From: Botryllus schlosseri
Lineage: Eukaryota
Reading direction: 5' to 3'
DNA length: 64,000 nt
NCBI GenBank assembly: GCA_051294905.1
Contig: CM119372.1
Location: 22,570,001 to 22,634,000, forward strand
In this document: positions 1 to 10,049 of the stretch, in pieces
Position numbering within the stretch: position 1 is the stretch's first letter
Layout of the letters: the number at the start of each line of letters is the position of its first letter
Notes under the pieces: generated by a model
What the model was told of the DNA's origin: nothing
What the model saw: the letters and a program-made list of their open reading frames with translations, nothing else
Databases searched by the model: none
Program-made: the position numbers and the translations under genes

Positions 1-360
1 CGCCACTCCACCTAGTTCCAAATAGTAACGTTTGTGTTGATCTTTGGTTATTCTAAGTTAAACGCAGTTTACCCGTTGCTTGCTTGGTGAGCAGTAGGCC
101 CTTTTGAAATTTTGTACCCGTCAAACTAAACATGACGATTTCCATATCGAAGCAATAAAAATCAACGGCTGCTGATAAAATTATAACCGAGTCGTTTTTG
201 CCGTTACCTGCAATATATGCATTTAGTGGATTGTAGGCAGAATTTTATGTTCACTCAAACTTATTCTCGTATAGCGCTACTCGAAGAGGGCACCAGTCGT
301 TATTTCGAAATTCTTCACTCAACATTTGAATCTGCCACTATTACCATATCTGCTTACACA
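1..360 (-). mobile_element. Internal part of a hAT-type non-autonomous element (family A, GTAATC-repeat ends), interrupted at ~360
   Basis: Reverse complement aligns by eye to ~61125-61470 and ~63100-63480, e.g. 'cgaagcaataaaaatcaacggctgctgataaaa..ataaccgag' is shared. Confidence 0.75.
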
Positions 361-420
361 TCACGTAAGTAGTTAGTATGATCGCTCGTGATTCGTACAT
401 TTTTGCATGGGGTAGTATAG

Positions 421-620
421 GCGGGGTGGCGAGCGGCTGGAAAACCGGGGGGGGCGAGCGGCTCTTATTTCTTATGGCGGGGGTGGCGAGCGGCTATTGG
501 GTCTTATGGCGGGGGTGGCGAGCGGCTCTTATTTCTTATAGGTGGGGTGGCGAGCGGCTGGAAAACCGGGGGTGGCAAGCGGCTTTTATGTCTTATGGCG
601 GGGGTCGCGAACGGCTATTG
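421..620 (+). repeat. Subterminal GC-rich tandem repeat, ~27-31-bp units (GGGGTGGCGAGCGGCT core), about 7 copies
   Basis: Core 'ggggtggcgagcggct' and close variants recur with alternating tails 'ggaaaacc' and 'cttatttcttatggc'. Confidence 0.9.
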
Positions 621-1294
621 TGTCTTGTGGTCACACGGTAACCCTTTTCAGCATAGACAGCGGTCGCACGCGGCTTCGTTGTTGGCATGTCGTACTTCGT
701 GTTGAATATGTATCAAGTAAATAGTCATGTGAATGAACCTTTGTTAATGTGTATATCGTCGTGTATTATTACACGGTCTCTACTGATTCACCATGTGTTC
801 TTATGGGTGCGGTCGTGATTCGTACTTTCAGACATCTCTCGCGTGGTGTTGAATAGTCACCAACAATAACCGCACAAACGGAAACGTGGCTTGCAAGAGG
901 ATTAAGCAGTGCGTGCGACCTATATTCCGAATGACCTACGCGCTGAATTGTTTCCGTGCAGTTGTGTGCTACTATCGATTATTACACTAGATCAGTCAGT
1001 GTGAAATAGTTTTATCGTAAATTATGATGTATGATGTCGTAGTTTAGTCGTGTCAAATGACCGATCGTGTTCTCTTTCCTCGCTATTGATTGCTACCTGA
1101 ATAATACTTTCGGCTTATTCGCTGTTTCGCGCCTACAGAATAGTCTGCTGTTCACAGTCGCAACTTCATCGCGATAGCACAATTTTCACACCTCGATCAG
1201 TAGAACAACACCGCGCTAACCCAGTTGTCGAATCACATAGGTCATACATTTTACGCGAAATGAAATATTGTATTGTGGTATACAAATATGCAAA

Positions 1295-1930
1295 CTATTC
1301 TTTCAATTCAACAAGTCTAGTTAACGGATCGATTTTCAAGCTGCCCACACAGTTTTTAACACGAGTGAGTTGATATTTCTTCCCGGGTACGAGCGAGGCT
1401 TTGTTCCATTGATCCAAAACCACCTCACCAGTATCATCCTTCAATGTAAAACTGTATAATTTCAACTCCTTTCCGGCACCAGAATTGACCATCTTCTCCT
1501 CTCGAGAAACACAAGTAGCGGCGATCGAGACGTATTCATCTTTATTTCCGTATACCGATTCACAGGTCAATAATGGGTATTCTTCAGTCGTATGTCTCGA
1601 TTTTCCATGTAAAGTTACTGACGAAGCCCGACCAAGTAATACAGCGGGTTTTCCAGTGATTTTATCAATTTGAACCCAACCGGATTTGACCATGAGTTTT
1701 TTTCGTTTGGTGAATGCTTTCTCAATGTTCCCGAACAAATCACGATTGAAACACGTGAAAGATATCTCTTCGTTATTGCCATCGATGAATATACCTTTGA
1801 GATATTGGCTAACGCCACCTCTTTTGGGTGATGAGACGAATTTGACGCCGACGTGAAAATTTGAAGTTGCTCCGACTTGCATAGTGTTGACGCTGTTCGA
1901 TGCCATATCGTTTGATAAAGTGGGAGTCAT
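1295..1930 (-). CDS. 211-aa tandem OB-fold protein, RPA70 DBD-A/B or archaeal RPA/SSB-like ssDNA-binding protein
   Basis: Intact ATG-to-stop ORF. Motifs 'YLKGIFIDGNNEEISFTCFN' and 'GKELKLYSFTLKDDTGEVVLDQWN..LVPGKKYQLT' match the OB-fold pattern hxLxDxTGxIxhxhW/F twice, about 115 aa apart. Confidence 0.7.
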   Translation of the reverse strand: MTPTLSNDMASNSVNTMQVGATSNFHVGVKFVSSPKRGGVSQYLKGIFIDGNNEEISFTCFNRDLFGNIEKAFTKRKKLMVKSGWVQIDKITGKPAVLLGRASSVTLHGKSRHTTEEYPLLTCESVYGNKDEYVSIAATCVSREEKMVNSGAGKELKLYSFTLKDDTGEVVLDQWNKASLVPGKKYQLTRVKNCVGSLKIDPLTRLVELKE

Positions 1931-3820
1931 CAGTGTAACTCACTACACAAATCAAGTTGAATCGTATTTGAATGTAGTGATTCGACCCAACTCAAATCCT
2001 ATTAACGCGATCTGTTGAATCGAACGTAACCTGAATATTACTGACGCCAACATTCACCCTCATCGGATCATTCACACATTCCACGCCGCTGTTTTAACAC
2101 TTATAGAATCAATACCAACTATCTCTGACCCGATATTATTCAATCATTTTGGTAATTTGCCAACTTTAAATCCATTCGCGGGATGTACTAAAGGTAAATC
2201 CAAATAATCCAGAATGAAATATTTGGACTTTGACATTGCGTGAATTGAAATAGGTTTGACAAACATGACTACCAACTTTGATCCAGCCACATTTCAAACT
2301 CAAAAGAATTATTCACAACATTAACAATTGTTAAAAATCTAGTTTCACTTACTTGATTATATCATTACAACTCACAAATTTGAATTAATTCATCCTGGTT
2401 GTATTCGTATGCTCTATCTTTTTATTCAATTGTAAAGGTTGTTACTATTCTGAAGACAAAGTATTTACTAATCGGCGCATATACGATTTGACTTGGACAT
2501 ATTATATTTTGAGTATACGAGATTTGAATGTCTGAACAATAACTGAGAATTAATTTATCACAAATAAATCCGTATATTACAGCGTAAAAGATATTGGGGT
2601 GTCAGCAACTCTGTACGGTCGTAGTTACAACCACATTAACTAATCTACCCAGGCAACTCGTCATGATCATTCCTGAAATCAACACAAACACGACCACTGA
2701 CTTGAGTTAACCGCGAAACACCATCAAGTTTTAAATCCGCTTGCAGCTGACGGATTATTCGAATGCATCGATGGGGAATATTATTGAACTCGTCGGTATT
2801 GTTACTTCAACAAATTACACCGACTGCGAAAGTTAATATCGAATGGTAAGACTTGATCACATATTTGTTGATCACAGACATGACGAAAAAAAAAACATTA
2901 CCGAGATTTTATAAACTAGTCATATTACTCTACACATCTATCAATATCAAAATGCGAGTCATCCAATTTTTCTACTAAAGTAACATTGCACTTTCGGATT
3001 CGAATTCGGTATAGTCATACAAATTGTATTAAATCCAACATCAAAACAAAAGGAATTTTTTTTTTAGTTTATTGAAATCAAATCATTCGTCTTCGACTTG
3101 TGCTTTTCTAGATTACCCGCGACAATTCGTTTCGAGTGAGTTGTAACCAAAGTCAAGATATCTTTGTGTCCACAGATATGTAAGATGAATATAGCTAACA
3201 CAATCACGAATCGACGTTTCAGAGTATTTCACGGTGTAATAAACTTGTTAGTGTCACCTATCTAAAAGTACGCACGCGTTCGATTTCCATACCGACTGTT
3301 GCGATGTTTAGGATTCACTTACAATAACCACGGGTGAGGATTTAACATCAATGTCGTTACTGTCGGAATTTGCGACAGAGAATTGAAACATATGCACTTT
3401 ACAGAGTGTGAAAATATCACTTTGAGTATCGAGTACCGTTCGAAGCTAGCGATCAATTCTTAATCATTTCAGTAACTCCCCATTGTGCGTGCTAAATGTA
3501 AAATATCGCGAGGTTATACACTCTAAGACTTTGATTATTGTAAAAGTAAATTGTGATATGTTTGTTAGATGCATCCAATTCAACTAGAAGTGTCTAGTAT
3601 CCAACACTCGTAATATCAAAAAAGTACTTGCTACACTGTTATTTGCTAAACGTGTTTTGCATTGTTGTTCATTTCTAGTATTGATTGAAATTGTTTTTGA
3701 ACCCTCAAATAATAATTCCCGACATGAAACTAAGCCGCCGAAAGTCGTTACCATCACAAAGAAACAATTTGCACGATGTTTACTAAATGTATCCTATAGT
3801 TAGGTGTACTGGAATTATTT

Positions 3821-3823
<3 letters not shown>

Positions 3824-3871
<48 letters not shown>
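3824..3871 (+). repeat. (AC)24 microsatellite
   Basis: Perfect dinucleotide run. Confidence 0.98.
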
Positions 3872-3873
<2 letters not shown>

Positions 3874-4641
3874 TCAGAGAAATTGGAAATTTTTCCGTTG
3901 TCATTCGCTAAAGTAAATGTCATCACAATACTCTGTCACTAAAAGACGTTACTTGGACGTGCATGAATTCTAGACATAGTTCTGATTTACCCAACACAAG
4001 ACCCAAGGACAACCCTAGTTTCAGCCGAACACAGATATCCAAAATATCACACACTTCGCTATTCCTAAAGCACAAACACACGATACAAAATAATACTTGT
4101 TGTGTTGTCGCGGCATCATCACTCAACAATATCACCCTCAATACAAATGATGTTTATGTGTAACATGCTATTGATTTGAACCACACCCACCTGACGGAAG
4201 AGGATTTACTCAATCTTTACAAAATGGATATTGACCAACATCACATCACCGGATTGTATCTGTTTCGCTGGATACGAGTTATGTTAGTTTAACAGTAAAC
4301 AAATTTCACCCTCTTGGATTATGAACTCAATGCGTTAGCAGTCATTCAATATTTTGTTTGTGTCAACTAGTTACTTGGTATGTTACTCCACAACTCTTAC
4401 AAAAGTACGAAGGATATTAACATCGCACTAAGTAATTAACTTTACTCGATATTCTCGCATTACGAAACTAAAGAATGGTTGGTTAGACTCTACAAACTGT
4501 TTCGATATCACAAGACCTTTATTGTCTGAATGGGTGTTCATGTGTCTTAAGAACCAAATAGTTCAACACAGCACTAGTACCAACAGAAACATCAGAGTTG
4601 TTTACACAAAAGTTTGTATGCGTGCAGTATGCGAATACCAT

Positions 4642-6873
4642 GTGTAAGTCCAGCACAATTGTGGTATCCATCCGGGTTTAGTTAACACAATTTACGACAC
4701 CGAGGTCACCTCATCTTTCGTAAGACAACAAACCAACCAAGGTTTCAGGATATGTCCGTGTCATAGCAATAAATCAGCTGCTCCAACAACAGAGTACATA
4801 TGTTTTCTAGTTACGGCGCTTACATCTTACACACAAATCGATCCACTTTGCTAACAAAAAGTGCTGGGTCATCAAGTGATTACCCTAACAACAAAACAGC
4901 TAAACGTACTATCATACAAAATGGCCGTTATAGTCACCAACGGTACATGGTACAAGTAACAAGTCTCGAGAATCCAGTTATTCAAAAAACGTGAAAGTGT
5001 TTCTACACCAAGTCGGTATGTTGACGAAAGCATATATTGTAATATCATGATCGATTTACATTCGTTGGTCACAAAATGTCACTACTCTAAATAATTATTT
5101 TTCACTCAAAGCCTACTTGTCCCCATTCGCTTCATCAAGCACGAGTTCAAGAAACCTGCTACGACATGAATTGTTATTTTTTTATGTTGTGTAAATAGGT
5201 AATAATTAATTTTAGTAACACTATATCAACATCATCGAGTTGTGCGAATAGATTTACATGTGGTCTTGTGGTTTTAATCGAAGTATACAGCGCGGTCTAA
5301 TGTAGAGTCATCTCTATTGTACAACAACTCGGTAATCGAAATGCATTAAAATTTAAACAACGATCTTGGTTCGTCGCACCAAAAATATGTTTACTATCAC
5401 GATACTCTACACAGACCGTGTAAATCCTTTTCACACTCGTGATAGTATACCAACAGCTACCGGTGACAACGTTTAACAATACCAACGACACTAAACATAC
5501 GATACCTACCCAAGTAAAATTACCATTTTCACCTGGAGGTCGGTCGTAACCCGAGTAGAAATACCATTATCCTTTGGAGATTTATCGTTTACCCAGTGTA
5601 ACAAACCCCTTTTCCTTTGGTAATCTATTTTTCTCTGGGTAACAAACCTTTTTCAGTTGGAAATATATTTTTTCTCTGGTTAACAAACCTTTTTCACTTG
5701 GAAATATATTTTTTTCTCTGGGTAACAAACCTTTTTCAGTTGGAAATATATTTTTTCTCTGGTTAACAAACCTTTTTCACTTGAAAATATATTTTTTTCT
5801 CTGGGTAACAAACCTTTTTCACTTGGAAATATATTTTTTCTCCGGGTAACAAACCTTTTTCCCTGAGCAACAAACCATTTTCACTTGCAAATATATTTTT
5901 TCCTGGGTAACAAACCTTTTTCACTTGGAAATATATTTTTTCCCTGGGTAACAAACCTTTTTCACTTGGAAATATATTTTTTCTCTGGGTAACAAACCTT
6001 TTTCACTTGGCGGGTCGTCGTTTACCTGACTAAAAATATCATTTTTTCTTTGGAGATCTGGCGTTTACCCAGTGTAACAATACATTTTCTCTTGGTCATC
6101 TAGCTTTTCCTAGAGTAACAAAACCATTTTCATTTTGAAATCTGACAAACACACCTGACAATTTGGTATTTGTTGTATTGACGATAGTTTGAAATAGATT
6201 ACAACGAACAGTGACGGAAATATACACGGCAACCGGTTTCAGAGTATACCCCCTTCAGTCGTATCACATCAATATCATCGATTACCCACATACAATATCC
6301 TCTTGTACACCGAAATGCATGTTTTGAAAAATTGGACAATAGACTTCGATAGTTCTGTGATGTCCGGGTTCGTGCTTTGGATTTTCCAGAGTCAAAATGT
6401 CTGAATAAAACACCTCCTCGACGATGGTTGGTATGTGGATAACGGGGTTTGGAAGACGGTTGGATTTATGTCACCCATCGCGATAACAATTCCAGGTCGA
6501 GTTTTCCCCCGCATGTTTACTATATTGTGTCTTTATTGGTCAATGTATGTCTCGACATTCAGTTTGAAATCGGAAACCCTGATAAAGTATGTAACCGGAT
6601 CCGGATATCAACTCTGAATCGATAAACCAATGAACAATATTCAAAGTAAACTTGTTACATTCCACGAAAAAATACCATCCATACATACGTCGCGCTTGTT
6701 TGCCCACATCAGTATACGCGTAAATGGAGGTGTGTGACATTGCATGCGATGTGTTGGTATACAAACATCGATCCACAGACATTATCATAGCCGGTAATTT
6801 TGATGCAGATCGAATGTCATCACACCCGATAACAATGTCATACCAATAAGCCACATTGCAATGACTCTGAGTC
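4642..6873 (+). repeat. Left inner arm of large inverted repeat (pairs with 7777-10049)
   Basis: Reverse complement is collinear and nearly identical to 7777-10049. The ORF track shows mirror ORFs, e.g. 5763-5954(-) = 8738-8929(+) and 6435-6617(+) = 8033-8215(-). Confidence 0.97.
5505..6140 (+). repeat. ~41-bp tandem array (CTGGGTAACAAACCTTTTTCACTTGGAAATATATTTTTTCT), ~9 homogeneous units at 5636-6010 with degenerate flanking units
   Basis: Directly visible periodicity. Confidence 0.95.
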
Positions 6874-7394
6874 CGCGCTATTACATCGATATTTCGACAC
6901 CGTTCACTGATTTATTCGATGGTGTTATCGTGTTGTAAGATTACAAGATAGTCATGACCCTATCTGTAGACGGACCACCCAGATCAATTGGATACATCGG
7001 TCAATATCCATCGTGTTGTCGACACCGAAGACTTCTGCTGAGACTACAGCGTTTGATCTAGGTGAACTATCGAAGTACGGTGCTCGAAATGATTGCGATC
7101 AGTCTTTCAGTCACGATCAATGGATGTCGCTACTCCCACATAACGACTCCGGATAAATATCGTGCAAATGTCGGACTGATATTGTGATCCAATAAGGTAT
7201 GTTTCTGTGGAATGAAGACTGCAATCGTACACCACAATAGAACACTACCTCGCGATTTCACACGCAATCATAAAACACACTTTCGTAAGGGTCCAGTTCG
7301 TCCGGTGACATTTCGAAACGGCCGTCGCCACAAGAGATCGGTATCATTTTGAAACGACATCGTCACAAGTCTATTGACGTCGATTCTGTTGGTC

Positions 7395-7676
7395 ATGTCA
7401 ATCCGTTTCACAATCCGCCGTTTTTCAACTCCCCGCACCATAGTGTTACGACACAGACAAGAAGCGTCGGTGGAAATAATAAAACACGGAAAGCACACTT
7501 TGGTGTTATTTGACATGGATTTTACACCCGACGAACCTTACATTCGAGCGATGCATTGGAATGACGCTTGTATTATTGACGTAGAAGGAACAGAAATGTA
7601 TCGATTTATTGGTTTCGTACATATCCAACAAAAACCAGGGTATGTGATTGTGCGTGGTTCGCATATTCGACTGTGA
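7395..7676 (+). CDS. Hypothetical 93-aa protein in the unique spacer of the fold-back
   Basis: ATG at 7395 in the 7374-7676 frame. Protein-like alternating hydrophobic composition. No family recognised. Confidence 0.25.
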   Translation: MSIRFTIRRFSTPRTIVLRHRQEASVEIIKHGKHTLVLFDMDFTPDEPYIRAMHWNDACIIDVEGTEMYRFIGFVHIQQKPGYVIVRGSHIRL

Positions 7677-7776
7677 ACGCTCTATTGGTATATGCTGTAT
7701 AGTTCACTTTCACCGTCGTGCGAATAACCCATGTTACGGTTCGATGTTTGTGTGTCTGTATGTCACGCTTCAGATT

Positions 7777-10049
7777 GACTCAGAGTCATTGCAATGTGGC
7801 TTATTGGTATGACATTGTTATCGGGTGTGATGACATTCGATCTGCATCAAAATTACCGGCTATGATAATGTCTGTGGATCGATGTTTGTATACCAACACA
7901 TTGCATGCAATGTCACACACCTCCATTTACGCGTATACTGATGTGGGCAAACAAGCGCGACGTATGTATGGATGGTATTTTTTCGTGGAATGTAACAAGT
8001 TTACTTTGAATATTGTTCATTGGTTTATCGATTCAGAGTTGATATCCGGATCCGGTTACATACTTTATCAGGGTTTCCGATTTCAAACTGAATGTCGAGA
8101 CATACATTGACCAATAAAGACACAATATAGTAAACATGCGGGGGAAAACTCGACCTGGAATTGTTATCGCGATGGGTGACATAAATCCAACCGTCTTCCA
8201 AACCCCGTTATCCACATACCAACCATCGTCGAGGAGGTGTTTTATTCAGACATTTTGACTCTGGAAAATCCAAAGCACGAACCCGGACATCACAGAACTA
8301 TCGAAGTCTATTGTCCAATTTTTCAAAACATGCATTTCGGTGTACAAGAGGATATTGTATGTGGGTAATCGATGATATTGATGTGATACGACTGAAGGGG
8401 GTATACTCTGAAACCGGTTGTCCGTGTATATTTCCGTCACTGTTCGTTGTAATCTATTTCAAACTATCGTCAATACAACAAATACCAAATTGTCAGGTGT
8501 GTTTGTCAGATTTCAAAATGAAAATGGTTTTGTTACTCTAGGAAAAGCTAGATGACCAAGAGAAAATGTATTGTTACACTGGGTAAACGCCAGATCTCCA
8601 AAGAAAAAATGATATTTTTAGTCAGGTAAACGACGACCCGCCAAGTGAAAAAGGTTTGTTACCCAGAGAAAAAATATATTTCCAAGTGAAAAAGGTTTGT
8701 TACCCAGGGAAAAAATATATTTCCAAGTGAAAAAGGTTTGTTACCCAGGGAAAAAATATATTTCCAAGTGAAAAAGGTTTGTTACCCAGGAAAAAATATA
8801 TTTGCAAGTGAAAATGGTTTGTTGCTCAGGGAAAAAGGTTTGTTACCCGGGGAAAAAATATATTTCCAAGTGAAAAAGGTTTGTTACCCAGAGAAAAAAA
8901 TATATTTCCAAGTGAAAAAGGTTTGTTAACCAGAGAAAAAATATATTTCCAACTGAAAAAGGTTTGTTACCCAGAGAAAAAAATATATTTCCAAGTGAAA
9001 AAGGTTTGTTAACCAGAGAAAAAATATATTTCCAACTGAAAAAGGTTTGTTACCCAGAGAAAAATAGATTACCAAAGGAAAAGGGGTTTGTTACACTGGG
9101 TAAACGATAAATCTCCAAAGGATAATGGTATTTCTACTCGGGTAACGACCGACCTCTAGGTGAAAATGGTAATTTTACTTGGGTAGGTATCGTATGTTTA
9201 GTGTTGTTGGTATTGTTAAACGTTGTCGCCGGTAGCTGTTGGTATACTATTACGAGTGTGAAAAGGATTTACACGGCCTGTGCAGAGTATCGCGATAGTA
9301 AACATATTTTTGGTGCGACGAAACAAGATCGTTGTTTAAATTTTAATGCATTTCGATTACCGAGTTGCTGTACAGTAGAGATGACTCTACATTAGACCGT
9401 GCTGTATACTTCGATTAAAACCACAAGACCACATGTAAATCTATTCGCGCAACTCGATGATGTTGATATAGTGTTACTAAAATTAATTATTACCTATTTA
9501 CACAACATAAAAATAACAATTCATGTCGTAGCAGGTTTCTTGAACTCGTGCTTGATGAAACGAATGGTGACAAGTAGGCTTTGAGTGAAAAATAATTATT
9601 TAGACTAGTGACATTTTGTGACCAACGAATGTAAATCGATCATGATATTACAATATATGCTTTCGTCAACATACCGACTTGGCGTAGAAACACTTTCACG
9701 TTTTTTGAACAACTGGATTCTCGAGACTTGCTACTTGTACGATGTATCGTTGGTGTGCAAACTATAACGGCCATTTTGTATGATAGTATGTTTTAGTTGT
9801 ATTGTTGTGAGGACAACCATGTGATGACTCAGCACTTTTCGTTAGCAAAGTAGGTTGATTTGTGTGTAAGATGTAAGCACCGTGCTAGAAAACATATGTA
9901 CTCTGTTGTTGGAGTAGCTGATTTATTGTTATGACATGGACATATCCTGAAGCCTTGGTTTGTTGTCTTACGAAAGATGAGGCGACCTCGGTGTCGTAAA
10001 TTGTGTTAACTAAACTCGTATGGATACCACAATTGTGCTGGACTTACAC
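7777..10049 (-). repeat. Right inner arm of large inverted repeat (pairs with 4642-6873)
   Basis: Junction 6873/7777 (gcaatgactctgagtc / gactcagagtcattgc). Outer limit gtgtaagtccagcacaattgtggtatcca. About 41 bp longer than the left arm because of one extra repeat unit. Confidence 0.97.
8510..9190 (-). repeat. Mirror copy of the ~41-bp tandem array (one extra unit)
   Basis: Units 'ccaagtgaaaaaggtttgttacccag(a/g)gaaaaaatatattt'. Confidence 0.95.

Noticed and set aside
5636..6010. CRISPR-like appearance of regularly spaced repeats
   Set aside because: Units are contiguous tandem copies with no unique spacers, there are no cas genes, and the context is eukaryotic.
5297..9584. Mirror-image short ORFs in both arms (63-130 aa)
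   Set aside because: They follow from the inverted duplication and tandem repeats. No recognisable domains, and most have non-ATG starts.
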